A DNA stretch of 64,000 bases from the NCBI RefSeq assembly GCF_009914755.1, contig NC_060928.1. One strand, given 5' to 3'. Shown piece after piece: positions 37,900 through 52,199 of this stretch. The notes beneath the pieces are model-generated. The model did not search any database. It saw nothing but the letters and a program-made list of their open reading frames with translations, and was not told the DNA's origin. Source of the DNA: the human T2T-CHM13v2.0 reference genome, Homo sapiens. A program made the translations under genes and the position numbers. Each line of letters opens with the position of its first letter. The first letter of the stretch is position 1.

Positions 37900-38470
37900 T
37901 GGGCCACCGGCCCTCCTGGCCCCTGCTCTGGGTAACCCTGGCCCCCCCGCCCGCGAATCCGCACAGCCCCCACACCCCCGGGCCTGGCACTTTCAGTGCC
38001 CCCGCTCCCGCCCCGTCGCGTCCGCGCCCCTGGCGCTAACGCAGCCTCCACCTTCGGGCTCCCCGGTCCTCGCTGCTCTGCACCGTCCAACTCACCCAGC
38101 AGGCGCTCAGGGGATGCCTGTCGGCCCGCGACCGACTCGGAGTACTGGGACTAGCTGCCCGCACAGCGCAGCTGTCTCTGGCCTGGCCCCACTGCTCCCC
38201 CGCCACGCCTCTCGGCCTCCGTCCGTCCCATGGGCGGGGCGGAGCCGCGGGCGCCCTGACGTCATCGAACCGCGCCACCCTCGTTGCCCTGGAAACGCGG
38301 ACGCCGCTGCCACCCGGGCGGGCTGGAAGCCACGAAGCTTCGCCAGGCGCTCCCGGGCACTCTTGCCTTCTCTGCTTTTAGGCAAGGCCTGGCTGACCGA
38401 CTCTGGCGAGTCGCTGCCCTCTCGGAGCGCCGTAGTTCTGAGATGCAGTTCACACCGCGGCCCTTCTTGG
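37900..38470 (-). promoter_or_regulatory. Intronic CpG island; candidate alternative ACOX3 promoter/first exon (donor at 38096)
   Basis: Dense CpG, CRE TGACGTCA 38257-38264, GC box GGGCGGGGCGG 38232-38242, minus-strand donor TGG|GTGAGT. Confidence 0.7.
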
Positions 38471-38530
38471 GGCCCACTCCAAGGCTACTGGATCAGGACC
38501 CCCAGTCTGGGGCCGGGCATTTTCAAATTA

Positions 38531-38710
<180 letters not shown>

Positions 38711-38925
38711 CTAGTGGAAGTGGGCCCTCATTGACCAGAGCAGCAACCAGCTCAATCACCCACCCTTTACTTGTTTTTCTTTGTCTCACACTTTCCACTT
38801 CCTCACTCGTGCACTCCGAGATCAGCTCCATTTTCAATTACCTGCACCCAAAGCCTCGTCTCAAGGTCTGTTTGGGGAGATCCAAACTAAGACACACACA
38901 CTTCTTATGAAATTTACAGAGACAG

Positions 38926-39483
38926 TGTTGTACCTGAGCGAGTTAGAGAAAACGCCACTCTTTGAGACGAATTAAGAGTGCATTTATTTAGCCAGCGGCC
39001 AAGAGACAGCTAACGCTTAAAGTTCTCTCGGCCCCGAAGAAGGGACTAGATTTTCTTTTATACTTTGGTTTAGAAAGGGGAGGGGAGTCTAGTTAAAACA
39101 ATTTTACAGAAATAAAGTAGGCAAAAAAGTTAAAAGGATAAATGGTTACAGGAAAGTAAACAGTTCCAGGTGCAGGGGCTTTAAGACTATTACAAGGTGA
39201 TAGACGCGGGGCTTTGGGCGTTATCAATCAGACGAATTCCTGGGAATTGCGGATATTGCTCGCCACAGTATCTTATCAGTTAATTGTATTCTTGGATGTG
39301 CTGGGAGTCAGCTTGCACAAGTTAAGTCCTTGAGGAAGGGGCTGCCAGTGAAAGAGCGAAGATGGAGTCTGTCTGGCTCTCTTAGCGAAGGGAGAGTTAA
39401 TTCAGGTGGAAACAAGGCTAGGTGATTAAAGGAAAAGGGAGAGTCTAAAAACAGGGTTAGTAAAAACAAGGTTGGGCATTACA
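38926..39483 (-). mobile_element. Solo LTR6 (LTR6B-like, HERV-T/S71)
   Basis: Minus strand TGTAATGCCCAACCTTG...GTACAACA, 4-bp TSD ACAG, TATA and AATAAA intact. Confidence 0.8.
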
Positions 39484-40272
39484 ACAGAATCAACTAGACT
39501 TAGCAATTTGCCATGTAAAGAACAAGGAAGAGCCAGGCGTTGTGCGCCATGGTTCTCTCATCTGCAGTCCCAACTACTCGTGAGGCTGAGGCGGGAGAAT
39601 CACTTGAGCCCAGGAGTTTGAGTCTAGCCTGGGCAACATAGTGAGACTCTGCATTAAAAAAAAAAAAGTGAAAAAAGCACAAGGAAAACTAAATCCAAAG
39701 GTTTGCATTTATAGGGAACTAAAAGATGGGCAGTGCAGCTCAGTTATGGGGAGGAGAAAGAGAAGTACAATTTTAAATGTGTATCAAGTTTAAGATGTTG
39801 GTAGGACATCTGGGTGGGGATACTCAGGTCATGTTTGGAAATTCTGTCTACTTCTGTTCTACTCTGAAATACCTTCTCCTTGATTCCATGGCAACATTTT
39901 TCTTCACAGTTATTACTGTTATTTAAACAGACATATAATTATGGGTATCAGTGGGAGCGTCCGATTGCAAAAGCAGAAGGAAGGGACTGAAAGATCATTT
40001 CGGGCCTGGCAGGTACCCTGCTAAGCAGTCGGAAGTGATCCTTAGTCTAGACTAGCCTTCCCAGCCAGGGGTCTATTGTGTTTTTGCAAAGGTCCCTGAA
40101 TCCCCAGGAGCAACAAGGATTGCCTGAAGACAAAGCAATCATGGTCTAATAAAAAATACACACCACTGTTTTTCAAATGTTTGGAGATACTGTTGAGAGT
40201 AATAAAATAACCATTTATTGCAGAACTCACACCTCCTTTAGGTCACAATTTCTGCCAAAATTACAACTACTA

Positions 40273-40705
<433 letters not shown>

Positions 40706-41976
40706 CTAAAGGGGAAGAGCTCAGGGCATCTGGTGGCCAGTACAGGTAAAAGACAAGGGCCTGAGATAAGGCCATCTTGGTGGAGCTGGAGGGTGGAGAG
40801 GGAGCTGAGTGGCTTTTTATTGTTGGTTCTATTTAAGTTAGGGCATCATCACAAAATGACATGGAGAAAACAAAGCACAGGTTTCCAGCCTTGGCCAGGT
40901 CCTCAGGCTCCCCTCCCTTCTCTGCCTGTCCCTTTTCACCCTCCTCTTTTCACACTTGTCTTCCTCTACCCTCTGGCTTGTCAGGGCTGGCCTGTAGCAA
41001 GTTTTGGCCCCCTGACTTCACTCTCTCCATTTAGTTTCCCAGATTGGCATCTGCAGGTCAGACTGTAGTTCTCAGCTTTGACCGTGGCTTCACCTCGGGG
41101 CCACCTTCTGGCATTTGCCTGCTCACGCTGTAGCACTCTCCATCCACCGTGCTCCCCTCCTGGGCCTGAGGACACTGCTGACCTGCATCTGACAGGGAAC
41201 ACGGGCCTCTCTGTGAGTCAGGGTGGTGGGGAGGTAGGAAGAGAGGAAGGGGTCGTGCTACACTCTGTTGTATTTGGGACCTGGGTGGATGGAGATGCCA
41301 CTGGGACTGACACCAAGGGAGCAAATTTGGGGAAAAAAATAAGGGAATTTGGCTTTATACATGTTTGTTAGCTATTTCTGGGTGAAACCACCAGGAGCTG
41401 CACGTGGACCCCTAGTGTGAACAGTAGGGGTGGGGTGAGTGTCATCAGTAACTCAGTGGACAATGACCCACGGGAGCACTGCCATAGGGCCTCACCCACC
41501 CCCTCTCTTGTTTATCTTGACTTCTGTCCCACTTCTGCTCCCTTCGGCACACCGATTCCCTGCTCAGTTTTAGACCTTGGTGCTATTGACTGTCATTGGC
41601 CATTGTTGTTATGTGCACACATTGTTAAAGCTAAAGTTGCCTCCCACCCTCCGGTCATTTGTCTCCATTTATCCCTTCTGTCTTTCCCACCACCACCTCC
41701 TTGGCTGGTTCTGCATTCCCAGAAGAGTGGCTGGAAGAAGTCACCAGGTCCTTGGGAAGGGAATGGGTTCTGATGATTCGGCACCAAGAATGATCCATCA
41801 CAGCTCAGCCACAGTCGTCACCACCACCCAGCAGCCACCTCACTTCCCCTAGTCACATCACATTAAGTGGTAGGCAGCTGAAAACGGTGTTGGGAAAGAG
41901 TTGTGGAACATAAATGTGGTTTTGTACAAGATGCACAAACAAATGGCTGTCCCTATGGCAAATGTTACTGGCTTGA

Positions 41977-42277
<301 letters not shown>

Positions 42278-42574
42278 TGATTTTTTTTTTTAATTATAAA
42301 CCCAACATATTGAATTTAACGGGTTTCTATGCTGTTAAGGTCTTGGCATCAGATGAGTTTCTGGCTGAGGCCCTGGAAGGTAATGGGGGCTGCTGTGAAG
42401 TGGCTGGAGCCATCATTCTGATCAGCACAACAGGGCTGCCACTCAGGGCGCTCAGAGCAGCCAGGGACTTCCGGTTGGAGCCTCCACTGCTGCTTCTCGA
42501 GTTCCACCCAGCTTCCAGCACTTAGACGCTGACAACTCAGAATGGAGGGGCTTTAAGGGTCCCAGGTGAGTGTC

Positions 42575-42795
42575 TCTAGTGCTGCATTGTTCAACAGTAG
42601 CCCCTAGCCTCATGTGGCTACTTAAATGTGCAGCAGTTAAATACATTCAATTTCCCATAAATCTAATTTAAATCAGTTCCCTAGTTGCACTAGCTGCACT
42701 CAAGTGTGGGTCAGTAGCCAAAAGTAACTACGGTATTGGACAGTGCAGACATAGAACATTGCCATTATCACAGAAAGTCCTACAGGACAGTGCTA
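42575..42795. mobile_element. MER3/MER33-like DNA transposon fossil
   Basis: Motifs tagcctcatgtggctact and gtattggacagtgc. Confidence 0.55.
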
Positions 42796-43009
42796 TGTAG
42801 ACACTATTTCCAGCCCCAGGCAGTGGGTCAGATCCTTGACCTAAGCCTGGATATCTCCAGCTTTCTCCCTGCTCCCTGGACCCAGCAGCCTCTGGCTGGG
42901 GCCTGCTTCCCCAAAGGGAAACAGTCTGAGATAGTTCTGCCATCTGCACCATTCTCCTGACACGCTCCCTAATCTCAGTGACTGTTTCATTCAGCAGTTA
43001 TTCACTATG

Positions 43010-43292
43010 AGATTATACTGGATTAGGGTTGGCCCTAATCCAATATGAATGTTGCCCTTATTAGAAGAAGAAAAGAGATCTGGAGAAACAAGAACACCAC
43101 GTAACCACGGAGGCAGAGATTGAAGTGCTGGAGGCACAGGTCAAGGAATGCCAATGATTGCTGGCAACCACTACAAACTAGGAGAGATGAATGGATTCTC
43201 AGAGCCTTTAGAACTATGAGAGAATAAATGCGTGTTGTTTTAAGCCACCAAACTTACGGTAATTTGTTATGGAAGCCCTGGAAAACTAAGAT
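43010..43292 (+). mobile_element. MLT1 LTR fragment
   Basis: Motifs ggaggcagagattg, aaggaatgcc, agaactatgagagaataaat, aagccacc. Confidence 0.65.
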
Positions 43293-44954
43293 AGCATAAA
43301 AATCAATTACTGTATGTGATCAAACACTGAATGGGCTAGGGTGAGCCAGTGTGTCTGGGAGGATACGTCTCATTTGCCTTTTACTTAATTCTACCAACAT
43401 TTGGTCTGTGCTTTTATCTCTAATAAATCACATGATTTGAGTTAGTTTTCACTTTTCTTACTCCGACAGAGATCCTTTAGGGAATGGCAAAATCCCAATG
43501 GAGGGATTAATGTACAAAAGTAATTAAGAATATTGGAGGTTTTTGGATTTTACTAGAGATTCTGCAGACCAGCTGCTGATAATGTTGGGCTAAATTGGCA
43601 GTATCCAACCTTCTCTGTTCCTCCTGGGGACATGTAGTAAGGAAGGAGACCACTACTACTGCTGCCCTCCTACCCCCAAACTTGCCTAGTTCATAAGACA
43701 GGAGGAAAGAGAGAAAGCAAAAAGTTAGAAAGAAACAAAAGTAAGATAAATAGCCAGACAACCTTGGCACCACCACGTGGCCCTAGGAGTTAAAATAATA
43801 ATAATAATAATAATAACATCAACCCCTGACCTAAACTACTTGTGTTATCTTTAAATTCCAGACATTGTATGAAAAAGCATTGCAAAACTTTCTGTTCTGT
43901 TAGCTGATCCATGTAGCCCCCAGTCACGTTTCCCACACTTGCTCGATTTATCACGACCCTTTCACATGGACCCCTTAAAGTTGTAAGCCTTTAAACAGGC
44001 CAAGAATTTCTTTTTCGGGGGGCTCCGCTCTTAAGCCACAAGTCTGCCAGTGCTTCCGGCCGAATAAACCTCTTTCTTCTTTAATCCGGTGTCTGAGGAG
44101 TTTTGTCTGCAGCTCGTCCTGCTACATTTCTTGGTTCCCTGACTGAGAAGCGAGGTGATTAAGGGACGTTCAAGCCAGCCCCTTAGGCAGCTTATGCCTG
44201 CCCTGTAGAGCATCCCTGTGGGGGGCTCCAGCCAGCTTGCGCGATGCAGATCCTGAGAGTGCTCCCGGGTAGGCATTTGCCCCCGTGGAATGCCTCGTCA
44301 GAGTGGTGCATGGCAAGCCCCCGTGGAGGATCAACGCAGTGGCTGAACACTGGGAAGGAACTAGCACTTTAAGTCTGGACATTTGAAACTTGGTAAGACT
44401 GGTCTTTGGAACTTGCACACTCCATTTGAGTGGAAGCGTGGCCTGATCACCCATGGCGTGCCTGTACCGGCACTTTGGTTTTTGTTTTTGACTTGACTTG
44501 AAATGCTTGATACTTTGGTTTTTGTTTTTGACTTGACTTGAATTACTTGATAAACAGGCGTGCCTTTATTGGCACTTTGGCTTTGGTTCTGATTTTGACT
44601 TGGCTTAAATTCCTTGACAAACAGGTGTGCCTTTAATGACACTTTGGTTTTAGTTTTGATTTTCCTTTAGTGTGAATTAGACGAGTGAGTAACCTTTTAC
44701 CCTTTCCTTCTTGTAGTGTGAATGTTGTTTTGTCTCAAGAGAAAAATAGGTCAAACACAAAGTAAGCCCACTCCGCTAGAAACTGTGTTAAAAAAAAATT
44801 TCAAGAAGAAAAATAAAAGGAAAGTCATCTAATCATCAAAACTTACTCTATTAAAATGCATGTTACAGAACCTTAAGAAAGGTTTTGCAGGGGATTACAG
44901 AGGTTAAGCCCCCAGAGGTTAAGAACTCTATGTGAATTAGAATTGCCCTCTTTT

Positions 44955-45260
44955 GCTGGGCGCGGTGGCTCACGCCTATAATCCCAGCACTTTGGGAGGC
45001 CGAGGCGGGCAGATCACGAGGTCAGGAGATTGAGACCATCCTGACTAATAGGGTGAAACCCCATCTCTACTAAAAATACAAAAACAAAAAATTAGCCAGG
45101 CGTGCTGGCGGGCACCTGTAGTCCCAGCTACTCAAGAGGCTGAGGCAGGAGAATTGCATGAACCTGGCAGGCGGAGCTTGCAGTGAGTGGAGATTGTGCC
45201 ACTGCACTCCAGCCTGGGCAACAGAGCGAGACTCCGTCTCAAAAAAAAGAAAAAAAAAAA
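44955..45260 (+). mobile_element. AluY inserted in Harlequin gag
   Basis: TSD AGAATTGCCCTCTTTT at 44939-44954 and 45261-45276. Confidence 0.9.
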
Positions 45261-46456
45261 AGAATTGCCCTCTTTTGGTGTTGGATGGCCCACCGAAGGA
45301 ACTACAGACAGGGAACAATTGGCCATGTATTTAAGGTGGTGACAGGGGTTGGAGGACAGCCAGTGGACCTAGATCAATTCCTTTATATTGATTCATGGTT
45401 AAATATAATATAGACAAAAACCAGCATAAATTTAGCCCTGTTTAACAGCTTATTGCAAAAAAGCCAAAAGTGAAAGTAAGAACAGCTGCACCAGCAGACA
45501 CAGAGTTGAAAAGGGGAGTCCCAGAAAGAGCAAGAGAAGCCAGTTTTGCAGGAGCCGCCAGAGATAACAGAAATTCTTTCTCCATATGGCCCAGCCTACC
45601 CCCCTTTACCGAGGCCAACAGCCCCCTGAGAAACGAGATTAAGGAGCTAACACGCCCCAGGTCTCACCTTGAAGGGGAAGATCGGAGCCTCAAGAGGCCA
45701 AGGAAGGAAGTCAAGATAGTCAAGTGGGCCCTCTCAGATCTGGTCTTGCTGGAGCTATGCAAATGCCTCTCAGGGAGACACGAGGACCTGTCTATTATAA
45801 TGACCAAGCCCACATCCAGGGGGTGGGGCAACAGACTTTCATCTATCAGCCCTTTTTAACCATTGATCTACTAAACTGGAAACACCCTGAACCCGCCACC
45901 TTGTTCCCAGCAGCTAGAGCCCTGTCGAGCATTAACTGTGTAGAGGTGTTGGACTCAAGTTTACTCTAGCAGACCTGACCTCCGAGACCAGCCTTGGGCA
46001 TCAGTAGACTGGGAGCTATACATGGACGGGAGCAGCTTCATCAACCCACAAGGAGAGAGATGTGCAGGATATGCAGTGATAACCCTGGACACTGTCGTTA
46101 AGCTGAGCTCATTGCTTTAATTCAGGCCTTAGAACTCAGTGAAGGTAAGACTAAACATTTACACTGACTCTCAGTATGCCTGTTTAACCCTCCAACTGCA
46201 TGGAGAATTATATTTAAAAAAGGGCCTGTTAAGATCTAGGAAAAAGGGGAAAAAAGACCCAGAGAATGCAACTCAGCTTCAGCATTTGCAGCAGTACTAA
46301 GAGGCACTTCTGCAGAGGCTAAGAGGTAGTAGAAAAAAAGCAATTAATATAAAAAAGATTTCAGAAGTGCTTCAAGGAGCTGACAAGAGCCTAAGTCAGT
46401 TTTATAAGAGACTCTGTAAAGCATTCTGGCTTTACATCCTATTTAACCCTGAGGCT

Positions 46457-47086
<630 letters not shown>

Positions 47087-50000
47087 TCAGCTCTATCTAG
47101 AAAAAAAGAGGAGGCTAGAGACCGGTGCCAAGAGAAGAGCAAAACAAAAAGAAAGACTCACAGTAAGTGTAAAAAAGAGAATCAGAAGAAAATGGGAGAG
47201 ACAGCAGTGCGCGGGGGCAGGGCCTGTGCCACTGCCTGGCCCCGCCAGGTGGCCATAGAAGCAGGAGAACTCAGGAAGGAAAAAGAAAAACAAAGACTTA
47301 AGGAAAAAGGCCAATCTGTTAGCAACAGCTCTTATAAAAAGAGAGATTAGCAATGCGAGAGGACGTGGACACGGATGTAGACGTGGAAGAAGTCAAGTTA
47401 GGCAAGGATTCGAGAGCCGGCCAAGGCTAGAGAGACATTAATGTGTGAGATGAAAAAAGAAAGGACACTAGAAGGGTGAATGTTCAGAAGGCAATAAAAG
47501 AAATGGCCAAGGCTGCAAGACAAAGAGGCCATTGGCCAAGGGCTGCCGCACCTTGGAGGAACCAAATACTGATCTGATCAGGCTGGCAGGAGCTAAAGAA
47601 TGTAAAGACTAGGGCAGACTAGGCACCTTCTTATTAGGCTCCCAGGAGCCCATTGTCACATTAGAAGTTAAAAGCAGCAGGATTCTGCCATATCTGGATT
47701 CCAATTTCTCACTGATGGCTAAGCCACTAGATAGAGTTACAAAGGGGGGAAAGAAAAAGAACCCCTCCTCTAAGAAACTTAAACAGGAAAAAGAGCCATA
47801 CCTTGTGAAAACTTGCTTATAGACTTTACAGAACTGCCTCATGCTGGAGGCTATCGGTACATGCTAGTGCTTGTTTGCACCTTTCCAGGGTAAGTTAAAG
47901 TTTTCCCCACCAGGACAGAAAAAGTACAAGAAGTGACTAAAGTATTGTTAAAAGACATTATCCCCAGGTTTAGACTGCCTCTAACTTTAAAGTCAGACAA
48001 TAGGCCAGCATTTGTAGCTGAAATAGGGCAGGATTTAACAAGACTGTTAAAAATAAAATGGAAGTTACACACAGCCTATTGGCTGCAAAGTTCAAGAAAA
48101 AGTGGAGTGCATGAACTGGACACTCGAGCAGCTACTGAAAAAAATATTGCCAGGAAATTCATTTAAGATAAAATCAGGCTTTTGCCTATGGTCCTCCTTC
48201 AAGTCAGCTGCACCCTCACCAAACAAACTAGGTATTTACCCTATAAGATTTTGTTCGGTCGGCCACCCCCAAATCACAGGTCAAATTAAAGGTGACCTCC
48301 AAGAACTAAAGGAATTAACCTTAAGAAAGCAAATGCAGATTTTAGAAATAGCCATACAAAGTGTTTATAATTAAATACATAAAAATGCCTATAAGCCTGA
48401 CACCCCTTTAAATCTAGTGACTCTGTTTAAGTTAAAAAGTAAAATCTAATTTTTCTAGGACCCATATAGGATGGGCCTTATACTGTAATCTTTTCCACTC
48501 CCACTGCTGTTAAAAGTTGCAGGTGTTGTGTCTTAGATCCATCACAGTCAGCTAACACTGGCAGCTCAGGACAAGTAGACCAGCCAGCAGGACACAGATC
48601 TTCCTACCCGGCTGATTCGGAGACGAGACCAAGCTGTTGCTGAGGACGACAGCCCTGCTCTGGTCACTCCGGAGGCTGACCAGTCTACACACGGCTGAAG
48701 CTTGAAGAAACAACAAGCCCGGCTCTAGTCACGCACTGGCAGCTGAATAGTCTACGCATGGCCGAAGCTTGAGGACTTGTCAAGCAAGTAAACGTAGTTA
48801 AAAATCTTAAGACTAATAGTTTTCCTGTAATACTGTTTTCCTATTGTTCTGTCACTGTATTCAATCTTTTTCCCAGGTAAGGACCTCTTTTGTCCTTGCT
48901 GGATACAAATATGCTGTATATTGTTTTGTTATTGTTACCCCCCATAACCATGCTAGAAGAAACACCTATATAAGGTGTCCCCATTGTACACATACTACTT
49001 AGTCAGGAAACCCAGACCCGTCCAGCCCAGCAACAATTCCGAGTCTTTAAGTCATTCTTTAAACACATAAACCAGAAGTTACAAGAGCCTCCTCCTTTAG
49101 CAAAACAAACAAACAACCTATTTGCTCAGCTGGCTGAAAACATTGCCAGCAGCCTAGACGTTTCTTCATGTTATGTTTATAAAAAGGCTAACATGAGAGA
49201 CCAATGGCCTTGAGAAGCAAAAGATTTAATGCCTCAAGATTACTTTAACTCTTTCCCCAAGCAGATGCCAAGTTCAAGCATTTGGCTCTTAAAAACTCCT
49301 ATTATTAAGAAATACTGTGTTGCTTGCTAGGAAAAAAGCTTTTAAGACCCAGTAAAAAAACTAACCTGCTTAGGACATGACAAAGTTGGCACATGTGCCT
49401 GTACTGGTTTAACACAGGTTTGATCCTAGGTCTTTATTTAAAAGATAGTTTCCAGCTATAAGAGAATTTAAAACCCTCACTGCAAGTGTATTACATAAAA
49501 CACTATCACTCTGTCTCCCAAAGAGACTCAAAGTAAAAATAAAAGCGAGAACTCCCACTAATTTGTGAAAATTCTCAAAGGAAGGGATAAGGAGACCACT
49601 ACTACTCCTGCTGCCCTCCTCCCTGCCACCTTGCCTAGTTCATAAGACAGGAGGAAAAGAGAGAAAGCAAAAAGTTAGAAAGAAACAAAAGTCAGATAAA
49701 TAGCCAGACAACCTTGGCACCACCACGTGGCCCTAGGAGTTAAAAAAAATAATAATAATAACATCAACCCCCGACCTAAACTACTTGTGTTATCTGTAAA
49801 TTCCAGACATTGTATGAAAAAAGCATTGCAAAACTTTCTGTTCTGTTAGCTGATTCATGTAGCCCCCAGTCACGTTTCCCATGCTTGCTCAATTTATCAC
49901 GACCCTTTCACGTGGACCCCTTAAAGTCGTAAGCCTTTAAACAGGCCAAGAATTTCTTTTTTGGGGAGCTCAGCTCTTAAGACGCAAGTCTGCCGATGCT

Positions 50001-50393
50001 CCCGGCCGAATAAACCTCTTTCTTCTTTAATCCGGTGTCTGAGGAGTTTTGTCTGTGGCTTGTCCTGCTACAGTAGGTGACAGATGACTTTCATCCCTCA
50101 TGGGACAACGTTACATCATTCTTATGAAACAGCCATGGCTGCACTCAGACTTAGGAAGGCACTGGCTGTAATGCCAGCACTAAAAGCAAACCAGAACCCA
50201 AGTGGAGAAAAGTTAGCTTTCATAAGAGGACTCATCTTTTACGTTCACAAACTTAGGCTCCCTGACTTTTATCGGTAATCAGTACTGAGGACAATGCGTT
50301 CCACACCCGCTGGCTGGCTGATGTTTGATTCTGTAACTATACCACGCCCAGAATTCTCTCAAAAGGGAATAAAACACAGGTCAAATTCCTCAC

Positions 50394-50470
50394 CCACACA
50401 CTCCACAGTTCAACCCCTGCCAGGGAAACCAAAAGCAGGAAAGGATCTCCAGCGGCGCCATTCTCATTTC
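50394..50470 (-). other. ACOX3: ACOX3 non-coding exon 1 (5' end approximate)
   Basis: Lies in the CpG island. Minus-strand donor TGG|gtgagg at 50394/50393 can splice to the acceptor at 26280. The TSS cannot be fixed from sequence alone. Confidence 0.75.
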
Positions 50471-50570
50471 CGGTCCCAGCACCCCGCCTCCATGACGTCA
50501 ACGCGCCGCGCCACCGGGCTGCGTCATCTCGGCGCGCCGCTGCCAGGGCTGTACACCTGCTGGCTGCCAT
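50440..50570. promoter_or_regulatory. Bidirectional ACOX3/TRMT44 CpG-island core promoter
   Basis: CpG-rich. Palindromic CRE TGACGTCA at 50493-50500, half-CRE TGCGTCA ~50520, GC box CCCCGCCTCC 50482-50491, ETS-type ACCGGAAAT (minus, ~50466-50474), YY1-like AATGGCG (minus). Confidence 0.85.
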
Positions 50571-51187
50571 GGCTGAGGTGGGCCGTACCGGGATCAGCTA
50601 CCCAGGCGCGCTTCTCCCACAGGGCTTCTGGGCTGCGGTCGAAGTGTGGCTGGAGAGGCCGCAGGTGGCAAACAAACGGCTTTGCGGCGCCCGCCTGGAG
50701 GCCCGCTGGAGCGCCGCCCTGCCCTGCGCGGAGGCCCGCGGCCCCGGGACTAGCGCAGGCTCGGAGCAGAAGGAGCGGGGTCCGGGACCCGGCCAGGGTT
50801 CCCCCGGAGGGGGCCCGGGTCCCAGGTCGCTATCAGGACCCGAGCAGGGCACGGCATGTTGCGAACTTGAGGAGGCCCAGGGCCAGTGCCAGCAAGAGGA
50901 GGCACAGAGGGAAGCCGCCTCAGTGCCCCTGAGGGACTCCGGGCACCCCGGCCATGCTGAAGGAAGGGAGGGCGACTTCCCCGCCGCAGATCTGGATTCG
51001 CTTTGGGAGGATTTCTCCCAAAGTCTCGCCCGTGGCAATTCGGAGTTGCTGGCCTTCCTCACCAGCTCCGGGGCGGGATCGCAGCCAGAGGCGCAGCGTG
51101 AGCTCGACGTGGTTCTCAGAACCGTCATCCCGAAAACTAGCCCACATTGCCCCCTTACAACTCCCAGGAGGGAAATAGTCGTGCAAG
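50569..51187 (+). CDS. TRMT44: TRMT44 exon 1 (tRNA uracil-O(2)-methyltransferase), MAEVGRTGISYPGALLP...REIVVQ
   Basis: ORF 50569.. matches the TRMT44 N-terminus. Kozak gccATGG, donor AAG|gtaag at 51187. Confidence 0.93.
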
Positions 51188-51474
51188 GTAAGAGTGTTTT
51201 GATAGTGGACGGATATGATTAGATAAAAAAGCATTCATAGAACCTCGGGTCAATGAAAAAGTCCTAAGGGTACTAGTTCCTCTGCGATGTCCTAGGGAGG
51301 TTGTTAGGTGTTTCATAGTTTTTTGAGTGGGCGCATAGAAATGTGTGTCCTTAGTACAGAAGATGGGATAATTGATTGGGGTGGTGTCTGGAAGGCTTCA
51401 AAGAGACAGTGAAGGACTAGCTGGATATTGCGTAATACCTAGGAGTTTAGCAGGTAAAGCTGTAGGTGTAAAAG

Positions 51475-52028
51475 TGTTGGGGACCAGCCTCAACACCACC
51501 CGTAGGGTACTCAAAGTCCGGTGGCGACGAAGGAATGAGACGAGACAGGTTAAGAGTGCATAAAGATTGGGGGCCAGGGGGCCAATTGCAAAATGGAGGC
51601 TGCCAAAGCCTGGGAGCTCTGGTCTCCACACTATTGAGTACAATCACTTAGATCTAAGAAGCGGACGTTCGGGGCGAAAGGGTGAAAGGGAGACAGTGCA
51701 TCATACATGTCATCTATAGCAGTGGCGGTTTAAATGAATCTCCTTTGTGCTCAAACAGCGTTATCTTTAACTTGTCGGAGAATAACCAGTGGGAGCGTGC
51801 TTAACTAGGAGCCTGCATGTCTGACCACATTGTAGTGATTCAAAGGAGTGTCTTTCTCCTTGAACACAGTGTTTATAGGTAAGACAGTAGGTCTCGCCCA
51901 GAGCATGGGAACATCATGACAATAAGAAGGCTTTCCTCCTCAGAGGCCTCTTGTGGCTTTCCACAACTTATTGTCTCATATTTTTATGGCCAGTTTATAC
52001 AGGCATGCCATAAGCCTTTTCCCCAACA
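51475..52028 (-). mobile_element. Solo LTR14-like (HERV-K(C4)/HML-10) in TRMT44 intron 1
   Basis: TGTTGGGG...CCCCAACA termini, ~554 bp, recalled motif GCCTGTATAAACTGGCCATAAAAATATG. TSD imperfect. Confidence 0.7.
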
Positions 52029-52199
52029 TAAAGAGAGCTATTTATGCTGAGACAAATAACTGTGAAAGAGCATAGAGACTGGATGGATGGGAACCTACTA
52101 GTCCTCAGCGTTCGTTAAATCTCTGGCATTTATTTTTACTGCCCGTGACCTTGACACTTCAGCCTCAGCCACTCTTACCTGAAACTTTATTCAGCAGCA

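Noticed and set aside
50294-51128. 212-aa plus and 176-aa minus ORFs overlapping TRMT44 exon 1
   Set aside because: Shadow ORFs of GC-rich coding sequence.
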